Of a DNA stretch of 64,000 nt, positions 1 to 12,000 are shown one piece after another. The position numbers and the translations under genes are program-made. Each line of letters starts with the position of its first letter. Within the stretch, counting starts at the first letter, position 1. The notes beneath the pieces are model-generated. The model did not search any database. It was not told the origin of the DNA and saw nothing but the letters and a program-made list of their open reading frames with translations. This DNA comes from the human T2T-CHM13v2.0 reference genome, Homo sapiens. Location: NCBI RefSeq assembly GCF_009914755.1, contig NC_060925.1, one strand, 5' to 3'.

Positions 1-3000
1 CCACCCAGCCAGCCAAGCCAGCCAAGCCAGCCAGCAGGCCAGCCAGCCAGCCAAGCCAGCCAGCCACCCAGCCAGCCAGGCCAGCCAGCCACCCAGCCAG
101 CCAAGCCAGCCAGCCACACAGCAAGCCAGGCCAGCCTGCCACCCAGCCAGCCAGGCCAGCCAGCCACCCAGCCAGCCAGGCCGGTCAGCCACCCAGCCAG
201 CCAAGCCATGCAAGCCAGCCAGCCAGCCCAGATAGCCAAGCCAGCCAGCCAGCCAAGCCAGCCAAGCAAGCCAGCAAGCCAGCCAGCCAAGCCAGCCAGC
301 CAAACCAGCGAAGCCACCCAGCCAGCCAAGCCACCCAAGATACCCAGCCAGCCAGTCAGCCAAGCCAGCCAACTAGCCAAGCCAGCCAAGCCAGCCACCA
401 GCCAAGCCAGCCAGCCAAGCCAGCCAAGCCAGCCAACCAGCCAAGCCAGCCAGCTAGCCAAGCCACCCAGCCAGAAAGCCAGCCAAACCAGCCATGCCAC
501 CCAGCGAGCCAAGCCACCCAGCCAGCCGAGCCAGCCAAGATAATCAGCCAGCCAGGCAGCCAGCCACCCAAGCCAGCCAAGCCAGCCAGCCAGCGAGCCA
601 AGCCAGCCAAGCCAGCCAGGCAGCCAAGCCAGCCAAGACAGTCAAGCCCGCCAGCCAGCCAAGACAGGCATGCCAGCCAAGCCAGCCAGGCAGCCAAGCC
701 AGCCAAGCCAGCCAGGCCCGCCAGCCAGCCAAGACAGGCATGCCAGCCAAGCCAGCCAAGCCAGCCAGCAAGCAAAGCCAGGCATGCCAGCCAAACCAGC
801 CAGGCAACCAAGCCAGCCAGCCAAGACAGCCAAGCCAGCCAACCAGCCAAGCCAGTCAGCTAGCCAAGCCAGCCAACCAGCCAGCCAGCCAAGCCGGCCG
901 GCCTGCCAGCCAACCAAGCCGGCCAGACAGCCAAGGCAGCCAAGCCGGCCAGGCAGCCAAGCCAGCCAAGCCACCGACCCAGCCAAGCCACCCAGCCAGC
1001 CAAGACAGCCACGCCAGCCAAACCACCCAGCCAGCCAAGCCAGCCAGCCATCCAGCCAGCCAGGCCAGCCTGCCACCCAGCCAGCCAAGCCAGACAAGCC
1101 AGCCAAGCCAGCTAGCCACCCAGCCAGCCAGGCCAGCCAGCCACCCAGCCAGCCCAGACAGCCAAGCCTGCCAAACCAGCCTGCCAGCCAAGCCAGCCAA
1201 GCCAGCCAGCCTGCCAAGCCATCCAGGCAACCCAGCCAGCCAAGACAGCCAAGCCAGCCGGCCAGCCAAGCTAGCCAATCCACTCAGCCACTCAAGCCAG
1301 CCAAGTCACCTGGCCAGCCAAGCCAGCCAAGCCAGCCAAGCCAGCCAGCCAGACCAGACAGCCAAGCCAGCCAAGCCACCCAGCCAGCCAAGCCAGCCAA
1401 ACCAGTCAGCCAGCCAAGCAGCCAGCCAGCCAAGCCTCCCAGCCAGCCAAGCCAGCCAAGCCACCCAGCCAGCCAAGCCAGCCAAGCCACAGAGCCAGCC
1501 AGGCCAGCCAAGCCACCCAGCCAGAAAGGCCCGCCAGCCAGCCAGCAAGCGAGCCAAGCCAGCCAAGCCTGCCAGCCAGCCAAGCCAGCCAAGACAGACA
1601 GCCAGCCAAGCCAGCCAAGCCTGATAGCCATCCAAGGCAGCCAAGCCAGCCAACCAGCCAAGCCAGCCAGCCAGCCAAGCCAGAGAAGCCAGCCAGCCTG
1701 CCAAGCCATCCAGGCAACCCAGCCAGCCAAGACAGCCAAGCCAGCTGGCCAGCCAAGCTAGCCAATCCACTCAGCCACTCAAGCCAGCCAAGTCACCTGG
1801 CCAGCCAAGCCAGCCAAGCCAGCCAAGCCAGCCAGCCAGCCAGCCCAGACAGCCAAGCCAGCCAAGCCAGCCAAGCCAGCCAAGCTGCCCAGCCAAGCCG
1901 CCCAGCCAGCCAAGCCAGCCAAGCCGCCCAGCTAGCCAGGCCAGCCACCCAGCCAGTGAGCCAAGCCAGCCAAGCCAGCCAGGCAGCCAAGCCAGCCAAG
2001 CCAGCCAAGCCAGCCAGCCAGCCAAGCCAGGCATGCCAGCCAAGCCAGCAAAGCCAGGCCTGACAGCCAAGCCAGCCAGGCAGCCAAGCCAGCCAGGCAA
2101 CCAAGCCAGCCAAGCCACCCAGCCAGCCAAGCCAGCCAAGCCAGCCAGCAGGCCAGCCAGCCAGCCAAGCCAGCCAGCCACCCAGCCAGCCAGGCCAGCC
2201 AGCCACCCAGCCAGCCAAGCCAGCCAGCCACACAGCAAGCCAGGCCAGCCTGCCACCCAGCCAGCCAAGCCAGCCAGCCACCCAGCCAGCCAGGCCGGAC
2301 AGCCACCCAGCCAGCCAAGCCATGCAAGCCAGCCAGCCGGCCCAGACAGCCAAGCCAGCCAGCCAGCCAAGCCAGCCAAGCAAGCCAGCAAGCCAGCCAG
2401 CCAAGCCAGCCAGCCAAACCAGCGAAGCCACCCAGCCAGCCAAGCCACCCAAGATACCCAGCCAGCCAGTCAGCCAAGCCAGCCAACTAGCCAAGCCAGC
2501 CAAGGCAGCCACCAGGCAAGCCAGCCAGCCAGCCAAGCCAGCCAAGCCTCCCACCCAGCCAAGCCAGCCAAGCCACCCAGCCAGCCAAGCCAGCCAAGAC
2601 ACCTAGCCAGCCAGGCCTGCCAGTCAGCCAGCCAGCGAGCCAAGCCAGCCAAGCCAGCCAGGCAGCCAAGCCAGCCAAGCCAGCCAGGCCCTCCAGCCAG
2701 CCAAGACAGGCATGCCAGCCAAGCCAGCCAGGCAGCCAAGCCAGCCAAGCCACTCAGCCACCCAGCCAGCCAGGCCAGCCAGCAACCCAGCCAACCCAGA
2801 CAGCCAAGTCAGCCAGCCAGCCAAAGCAGCCAAGCCAGCCAACCAACCAAGAGAGCCAGCGAGCCAAGACAGCCAAGCCACCAGCTAGCCAAGCCACCCA
2901 GCCAGCCAGCCAGCCAAGCCAGCCAAGCCTCCCAGCCAGCCAAGCCAGCCAAGCCACACAGCCAGCCAAGCCACCCAAACCACCCAGCCAGCCAGGCCCA

Positions 3001-6000
3001 CCAGCCAGCCAGCCAGCGAGCCAACCCAGCTAAGCCAGCCAGGCAGCCAAGCCAGCCAAGCCAGCCAAGACCTCCAGCCAGCCAAGACAGGCATGCCAGC
3101 CAAGCCAGCCAGGCAGCCAAGCCAGCCAGCAAGCAAAGCCAGGCATGCCAGCAAAGCCAGCCATGCCAGCCAAGCCAGCCAGGCAGCCAAGCCAGCCAAG
3201 CCAGCCAGCCAGCCAAGCCAGGCATGCCAGCCAAGCCATCCAGCCAGCTAAGCCAGCCAGCTAGCCAAGCCAGCCAAGCCACCCGGCCAGCCAAGCCAGC
3301 CAGCCAAGCCAGCCAAGCCAGCCAACCAGTCAAGCCAGTCAGCTAGCCAAGCCAGCCAAGCCACCCGGCCAGCCAAGCCAGCCAGCCAACCCAGCCAAGC
3401 CAGCCAACCAGCCAAGACAGTCAGCTAGCCAAGCCAGCCAACCAGCCAGCCAGTCAAGCCGGCCAGCCTGCCAGCCAACCAAGCCGGCCAGACAGCCAAG
3501 GCAGCCAAGCCAGCCAGGCAGCCAAGCCAACCAAGCCATCGACCCAGCCAAGCCAGCCAAGCCACCCAGCCAGCCAAGCCAGCCAAGCCAGCCAAACCAG
3601 CCTGCCAGCCAAGCCAGCCAAGCCATCCAGCCTGCCAAGCCAGCCGGCCAGCCAAGCTAGCCAATCCACTCAGCCACTCAAGCCAGCCAAGTCACCCGGC
3701 CAGCCAAGCCAGCCAGCCAGCCAAGACAGCCAAGCCAGCCAAGCCAGCCAAGCCTCCCAGCCAGCCAAGCCAGCCAAGCCACCCAGCCAGCCAAGCCAGC
3801 CAAGCTGCCCAGCCAAGCCGCCCAGCCAGCCAAGCCAGCCAAGCCGCCCAACTAGCCAGGCCAGACACCCAGCCAGTGAGCCAAGCCAGCCAGCCAGCCA
3901 GCCAAGCCAGGCATGCCAGCCAAGCCATCCAGTCAGCGAAGCCAGCTGGCTAGCCAAGCCAGCCAAGCCACACGGCCTGCCAAGCCAGCCAGCCAAGACA
4001 GCCAAGCCAGCCAACCAGCCAAGCCAGCCAGCCAAGACAGCCAAGCCAGCCAACCAGCCAAGCCAGTCAGCTAGCCAAGCCAGCCAACCAGCCAGCCAGC
4101 CAAGCCGGCCGGCCTGCCAGCCAACCAAGCCGGCCAGACAGCCAAGGCAGCCAAGCCGGCCAGGCAGCCAAGCCAGCCAAGCCACCGACCCAGCCAAGCC
4201 ACCCAGCCAGCCAAGACAGCCACGCCAGCCAAGCCACCCAGACAGCCAAGACAGCCACGCCAGCCAAACCAGCCAGCCAGCGAAGCCAGCCAAGCCACCC
4301 AGCCAGCCAAGCCAGCCAAGCCACCCAGCCAGCCAAGCCAGCCAGCAAGCCAGCCAGACAGCCAAGCCAGCCAGCCACCCAGACAGCCAGGCCAGCCAGC
4401 CACCCAGCCAGCCAAGCCAGCCAGCCATCCAGCCAGCCAGGCCAGCCTGCCACCCAGCCAGCCAAGCCAGACAAGCCAGCCAAGCCAGCTAGCCACCCAG
4501 CCAGCCAGGCCAGCCAGCCACCCAGCCAGCCCAGACAGCCAAGCCTGCCAAACCAGCCTGCCAGCCAAGCCAGCCAAGCCAGCCAGCCTGCCAAGCCATC
4601 CAGGCAACCCAGCCAGCCAAGACAGCCAAGCCAGCCGGCCAGCCAAGCTAGCCAATCCACTCAGCCACTCAAGCCAGCCAAGTCACCTGGCCAGCCAAGC
4701 CAGCCAAGCCAGCCAAGCCAGCCAGCCAGACCAGACAGCCAAGCCAGCCAAGCCACCCAGCCAGCCAAGCCAGCCAAACCAGTCAGCCAGCCAAGCAGCC
4801 AGCCAGCCAAGCCTCCCAGCCAGCCAAGCCAGCCAAGCCACCCAGCCAGCCAAGCCAGCCAAGCCACAGAGCCAGCCAGGCCAGCCAAGCCACCCAGCCA
4901 GAAAGGCCCGCCAGCCAGCCAGCAAGCGAGCCAAGCCAGCCAAGCCTGCCAGCCAGCCAAGCCAGCCAAGACAGACAGCCAGCCAAGCCAGCCAAGCCTG
5001 ATAGCCATCCAAGGCAGCCAAGCCAGCCAACCAGCCAAGCCAGCCAGCCAGCCAAGCCAGAGAAGCCAGCCAGCCTGCCAAGCCATCCAGGCAACCCAGC
5101 CAGCCAAGACAGCCAAGCCAGCTGGCCAGCCAAGCTAGCCAATCCACTCAGCCACTCAAGCCAGCCAAGTCACCTGGCCAGCCAAGCCAGCCAAGCCAGC
5201 CACCCAGCCCAGACAGCCAAGCCAGCCAAGCCAGCCAAGCCAGCCAGCCATCCAGCCAGCCAGGCCAGCCTGCCACCCAGCCAGCCAAGCCAGACAAGCC
5301 AGCCAAGCCAGCTAGCCACCCAGCCAGCCAGGCCAGCCAGCCACCCAGCCAGCCCAGACAGCCAAGCCTGCAAAACCAGCCTGCCAGCCAAGCCAGCCAA
5401 GCCAGCCAGCCTGCCAAGCCATCCAGGCAACCCAGCCAGCCAAGACAGCCAAGCCAGCCGGCCAGCCAAGCTAGCCAATCCACTCAGCCACTCAAGCCAG
5501 CCAAGTCACCTGGCCAGCCAAGCCAGCCAAGCCAGCCAAGCCAGCCAGCCAGACCAGACAGCCAAGCCAGCCAAGCCACCCAGCCAGCCAAGCCAGCCAA
5601 ACCAGTCAGCCAGCCAAGCAGCCAGCCAGCCAAGCCTCCCAGCCAGCCAAGCCAGCCAAGCCACCCAGCCAGCCAAGCCAGCCAAGCCACAGAGCCAGCC
5701 AGGCCAGCCAAGCCACCCAGCCAGAAAGGCCCGCCAGCCAGCCAGCAAGCGAGCCAAGCCAGCCAAGCCTGCCAGCCAGCCAAGCCAGCCAAGACAGACA
5801 GCCAGCCAAGCCAGCCAAGCCTGATAGCCATCCAAGGCAGCCAAGCCAGCCAACCAGCCAAGCCAGCCAGCCAGCCAAGCCAGAGAAGCCAGCCAGCCTG
5901 CCAAGCCATCCAGGCAACCCAGCCAGCCAAGACAGCCAAGCCAGCTGGCCAGCCAAGCTAGCCAATCCACTCAGCCACTCAAGCCAGCCAAGTCACCTGG

Positions 6001-9000
6001 CCAGCCAAGCCAGCCAAGCCAGCCAGCCAGCCCAGACAGCCAAGCCAGCCAAGCCAGCCAAGCCAGCCAAGCTGCCCAGCCAAGCCGCCCAGCCAGCCAA
6101 GCCAGCCAAGCCGCCCAGCTAGCCAGGCCAGCCACCCAGCCAGTGAGCCAAGCCAGCCAAGCCAGCCAGGCAGCCAAGCCAGCCAAGCCAGCCAAGCCAG
6201 CCAGCCAGCCAAGCCAGGCATGCCAGCCAAGCCAGCAAAGCCAGGCCTGACAGCCAAGCCAGCCAGGCAGCCAAGCCAGCCAGGCAACCAAGCCAGCCAA
6301 GCCACCCAGCCAGCCAAGCCAGCCAAGCCAGCCAGCAGGCCAGCCAGCCAGCCAAGCCAGCCAGCCACCCAGCCAGCCAGGCCAGCCAGCCACCCAGCCA
6401 GCCAAGCCAGCCAGCCACACAGCAAGCCAGGCCAGCCTGCCACCCAGCCAGCCAAGCCAGCCAGCCACCCAGCCAGCCAGGCCGGACAGCCACCCAGCCA
6501 GCCAAGCCATGCAAGCCAGCCAGCCGGCCCAGACAGCCAAGCCAGCCAGCCAGCCAAGCCAGCCAAGCAAGCCAGCAAGCCAGCCAGCCAAGCCAGCCAG
6601 CCAAACCAGCGAAGCCACCCAGCCAGCCAAGCCACCCAAGATACCCAGCCAGCCAGTCAGCCAAGCCAGCCAACTAGCCAAGCCAGCCAAGGCAGCCACC
6701 AGGCAAGCCAGCCAGCCAGCCAAGCCAGCCAAGCCTCCCACCCAGCCAAGCCAGCCAAGCCACCCAGCCAGCCAAGCCAGCCAAGACACCTAGCCAGCCA
6801 GGCCTGCCAGCCAGCCAGCCAGCGAGCCAAGCCAGCCAAGCCAGCCAGGCAGCCAAGCCAGCCAAGCCAGCCAGGCCCTCCAGCCAGCCAAGACAGGCAT
6901 GCCAGCCAAGCCAGCCAGGCAGCCAAGCCAGCCAAGCCAGCCAGGCCCGCCAGCCAGCCAAGACAGGGATACCAGCCAAGCCAGCCAGGCAGCCAAGCCA
7001 GCCAAGCCAGCCAGCAAGCAAAGCCAGGCATGCCAGCCAAGCCAGCCAGGCAGCCAAGCCAGCAAAACCAGCCAGTCAGCCAAGCCAGGCATGCCAGCCA
7101 AGCCATCCAGTCAGCGAAGCCAGCCGGCTAGCCAAGCCAGCCAAGCCACCCGGCCAGCCAAGCCAGCCAGCCAAGCCAGCCAAGCCAGCCAAGCCAGCCA
7201 ACCAGCCAAGCCAGTCAGCTAGCCAAGCCACCCAGCCAGCCAGCCAGCCAAACCAGCCAAGCCACCCAGCCAGCCAAGCCACCCAGCCAGCCAAGCCAGC
7301 CAAGCCAATCAGCCAGCCAGGCAGCCAGCCACCCAAGCCAGCCAAGCCACCCAAGCCAGCCAAGCCTCCCAGCCAGCCAAGCCAGCCAAGCCACCCAGCC
7401 AGCCAAGCCAGCCAAGACACCTAGCCAGCCAGGCCTGCCAGCCAGCCAGCCAGCGAGCCAAGCCAGCCAAGCCAGCCAGGCAGCCAAGCCAGCCAAGCCA
7501 GTCAAGCCCGCCAGCCAGCCAAGACAGGCATGCCAGCCAAGCCAGCCAGGCAGCCAAGCCAGCCAAGCCAGCCAGGCCCGCCAGCCAGCCAAGACAGGCA
7601 TGCCAGCCAAGCCAGCCAGGCAGCCAAGCCAGCCAAGCCAGCCAGCAAGCAAAGCCAGTCATGCCAGCCAAGCCAGCCAGGCAGCCAAGCCAGCCAAGCC
7701 ACCCAGCCAGCCAAGGCAGCCAAGCCAGCCAAGCCATCCATCCTGCCAAGCCAGCCGGCCAGCGAAGCTAGCCAATCCACTCGGCCAGCCAAGCCGGCCA
7801 AGCCACACGGCCAGCCAAGCCAGCCCAGCCACCTGGGCAGCCAAACCAGCCAAGCCACCTGGCCAGCCAGCCAGCCAAGCCTGCCAAGCCTGCCAGCCAT
7901 CCAAGCCAGCCAAGACAGACAGACAGCCAGCAAAGCCAGCCAAGGCTGATAGCCACCCAAGCCAGCCAAGCCGACCAACCAGCCAAGCCAGCCGGCCAAG
8001 CCAGCCAAGCCACTCAGCCACCCAGCCAGCCAGGCCAGCCAGCAACCCAGCCAACCCAGACAGCCAAGTCAGCCAGCCAGCCAAAGCAGCCAAGCCAGCC
8101 AACCAACCAAGAGAGCCAGCGAGCCAAGACAGCCAAGCCACCAGCTAGCCAAGCCACCCAGCCAGCCAGCCAGCCAAGCCAGCCAAGCCACACAGCCAGC
8201 CAAGCCACCCAAACCACCCAGCCAGCCAGGCCCACCAGCCAGCCAGCCAGCGAGCCAACCCAGCTAAGCCAGCCAGGCAGCCAAGCCAGCCAAGCCAGCC
8301 AAGACCTCCAGCCAGCCAAGACAGGCATGCCAGCCAAGCCAGCCAGGCAGCCAAGCCAGCCAGCAAGCAAAGCCAGGCATGCCAGCAAAGCCAGCCATGC
8401 CAGCCAAGCCAGCCAGGCAGCCAAGCCAGCCAAGCCAGCCAGCCAGCCAAGCCAGGCATGCCAGCCAAGCCATCCAGCCAGCTAAGCCAGCCAGCTAGCC
8501 AAGCCAGCCAAGCCACCCGGCCAGCCAAGCCAGCCAGCCAAGCCAGCCAAGCCAGCCAACCAGTCAAGCCAGTCAGCTAGCCAAGCCAGCCAAGCCACCC
8601 GGCCAGCCAAGCCAGCCAGCCAACCCAGCCAAGCCAGCCAACCAGCCAAGACAGTCAGCTAGCCAAGCCAGCCAACCAGCCAGCCAGTCAAGCCGGCCAG
8701 CCTGCCAGCCAACCAGGCCGGCCAGACAGCCAAGGCAGCCAAGCCAGCCAGGCAGCCAAGCCAACCAAGCCATCGACCCAGCCAAGCCAGCCAAGCCACC
8801 CAGCCAGCCAAGCCAGCCAAGCCAGCCAAACCAGCCTGCCAGCCAAGCCAGCCAAGCCATCCAGCCTGCCAAGCCAGCCGGCCAGCCAAGCTAGCCAATC
8901 CACTCAGCCACTCAAGCCAGCCAAGTCACCCGGCCAGCCAAGCCAGCCAGCCAGCCAAGACAGCCAAGCCAGCCAAGCCAGCCAAGCCTCCCAGCCAGCC

Positions 9001-12000
9001 AAGCCAGCCAAGCCACCCAGCCAGCCAAGCCAGCCAAGCTGCCCAGCCAAGCCGCCCAGCCAGCCAAGCCAGCCAAGCCGCCCAACTAGCCAGGCCAGAC
9101 ACCCAGCCAGTGAGCCAAGCCAGCCAGCCAGCCAGCCAAGCCAGGCATGCCAGCCAAGCCATCCAGTCAGCGAAGCCAGCTGGCTAGCCAAGCCAGCCAA
9201 GCCACACGGCCTGCCAAGCCAGCCAGCCAAGACAGCCAAGCCAGCCAACCAGCCAAGCCAGCCAGCCAAGACGGCCAAGCCAGCCAACCAGCCAAGCCAG
9301 TCAGCTAGCCAAGCCAGCCAACCAGCCAGCCAGCCAAGCCGGCCGGCCTGCCAGCCAACCAAGCCGGCCAGACAGCCAAGGCAGCCAAGCCGGCCAGGCA
9401 GCCAAGCCAGCCAAGCCACCGACCCAGCCAAGCCACCCAGCCAGCCAAGACAGCCACGCCAGCCAAGCCACCCAGACAGCCAAGACAGCCACGCCAGCCA
9501 AACCAGCCAGCCAGCGAAGCCAGCCAAGCCACCCAGCCAGCCAAGCCAGCCAAGCCACCCAGCCAGCCAAGCCAGCCAGCAAGCCAGCCAGACAGCCAAG
9601 CCAGCCAGCCACCCAGACAGCCAGGCCAGCCAGCCACCCAGCCAGCCAAGCCAGCCAGCCATCCAGCCAGCCAGGCCAGCCTGCCACCCAGCCAGCCAAG
9701 CCAGACAAGCCAGCCAAGCCAGCTAGCCACCCAGCCAGCCAGGCCAGCCAGCCACCCAGCCAGCCCAGACAGCCAAGCCTGCCAAACCAGCCTGCCAGCC
9801 AAGCCAGCCAAGCCAGCCAGCCTGCCAAGCCATCCAGGCAACCCAGCCAGCCAAGACAGCCAAGCCAGCCGGCCAGCCAAGCTAGCCAATCCACTCAGCC
9901 ACTCAAGCCAGCCAAGTCACCTGGCCAGCCAAGCCAGCCAAGCCAGCCAGCCAGCCCAGACAGCCAAGCCAGCCAAGCCACCCAACCAGCCAAGCCAGCC
10001 AAGCCGCCCAGCCAAGCCGCCCAGCCAGCCAAGCCAGCCAAGCCACCCAGCTAGCCAGGCCAGCCACCCAGCCAGTGAGCCAAGCCAGCCAAGCCAGCCA
10101 GGCAGCCAAGCCAGCCAAGCCAGCCAAGCCAGCCAGCCAGCCAGCCAAGCCAGGCATGCCAGCCAAGCCAGCAAAGCCAGGCCTGACAGCCAAGCCAGCC
10201 AGGCAGCCAAGCCAGCCAGGCAACCAAGCCAGCCAAGCCACCCAGCCAGCCAAGCCAGCCAAGCCAGCCAGCAGGCCAGCCAGCCAGCCAAGCCAGCCAG
10301 CCACCCAGCCAGCCAGGCCAGCCAGCCACACAGCCAGCCAAGCCAGCCAGCCACACAGCAAGCCAGGCCAGCCTGCCACCCAGCCAGCCAAGCCAGCCAG
10401 CCACCCAGCCAGCCAGGCCGGTCAGCCACCCAGCCAGCCAAGCCATGCAAGCCAGCCAGCCAGCCCAGACAGCCAAGCCAGCCAGCCAGCCAAGCCAGCC
10501 AAGCAAGCCAGCAAGCCAGCCAGCCAAGCCAGCCAAACCAGCCAAGCCACCCAGCCAGCCAAGCCACCCAAGATACCCAGCCAGCCAGTCAGCCAAGCCA
10601 GCCAACTAGCCAAGCCAGCCAAGCCAGCCACCAGCCAAGCCAGCCAGCCAAGCCAGCCAAGCCAGCCAACCAGCCAAGCCAGCCAGCTAGCCAAGCCACC
10701 CAGCCAGAAAGCCAGCCAAACCAGCCATGCCACCCAGCGAGCCAAGCCACCCAGCCAGCCAAGCCAGCCAAGCCAATCAGCCAGCCAGGCAGCCAGCCAC
10801 CCAAGCCAGCCAAGCCAGCCAGCCAGCCAGCCAAGCCAGCCAAGCCTCCCAGCCAGCCAAGCCAGCCAAGCCACCCAGCCAGCCAAGCCAGCCAAGACAC
10901 CTAGCCAGCCAGGCCTGCCAGCCAGCCAGCCAGCGAGCCAAGCCAGCCAAGCCAGCCAGGCAGCCAAGCCAGCCAAGACAGTCAAGCCCGCCAGCCAGCC
11001 AAGACAGGCATGCCAGCCAAGCCAGCCAGGCAGCCAAGCCAGCCAAGCCAGCCAGCAAGCAAAGCCAAGCGTGCCAGCCAAACCAGCCAGGCAGCCAAGC
11101 CAGCCAAGCCACCCAGCCAGCCAAGGCAGCCAAGCCAGCCAAGCCATCCATCCTGCCAAGCCAGCCGGCCAGCGAAGCTAGCCAATCCACTCGGCCAGCC
11201 AAGCTGGCCAAGCCACCCGGCCAGCCAGCCGGCCAAGCCACCCGGCCAGCCAGCCGGCCAAGCCAGCCAAGCCTCCCAGCCAGCCAAGCCAGCCAAGCCA
11301 CCCAGCCAGCCAAGCCAGCCAAGCTACCCAGCCAAGCCGCCCAGCCAGCCAAGCCAGCCAAGCCGCCCAACTAGCCAGGCCAGCCACCCAGCCAGTGAGC
11401 CAAGCCAGCCAGCCAGCCAGCCAAGCCAGGCATGCCAGCCAAGCCATCCAGTCAGCGAAGCCAGCCGGCTACCCAAGCCAGCCAAGCCACCCGGCCAGCC
11501 AAGCCAGCCAGCCAAGACAGCCAAGCCAGCCAACCAGCCAAGCCAGTCAGCTAGCCAAGCCAGCCAACCAGCCAGCCAGCCAAGCCGGCCGGCCTGCCAG
11601 CCAACCAAGCCGGCCAGACAGCCAAGGCAGCCAAGCCGGCCAGGCAGCCAAGCCAGCCAAGCCACCGACCCAGCCAAGCCACCCAGCCAGCCAAGACAGC
11701 CACGCCAGCCAAACCAGCCTGCCAGCCAAGCCAGCCAAGCCATCCAGCCTGCCAAGCCAGCCGGCCAGCCAAGCTAGCCAATCCACTCACCCACTCAAGC
11801 CAGCCAAGTCACCCGGCCAGCCAAGCCAGCCAAGCCAGCCAGCCAGCCCAGACAGCCAAACCAGCCAAGCCACCCAGCCAGCCAAGCCAGCCAAGCCACC
11901 CAGCCAGCCAAGCCAGCCAGCAAGCCAGCCAGACAGCCAAGCCAGCCAGCCACCCAGACAGCCAGGCCAGCCAGCCACCCAGCCAGCCAAGCCAGCCAGC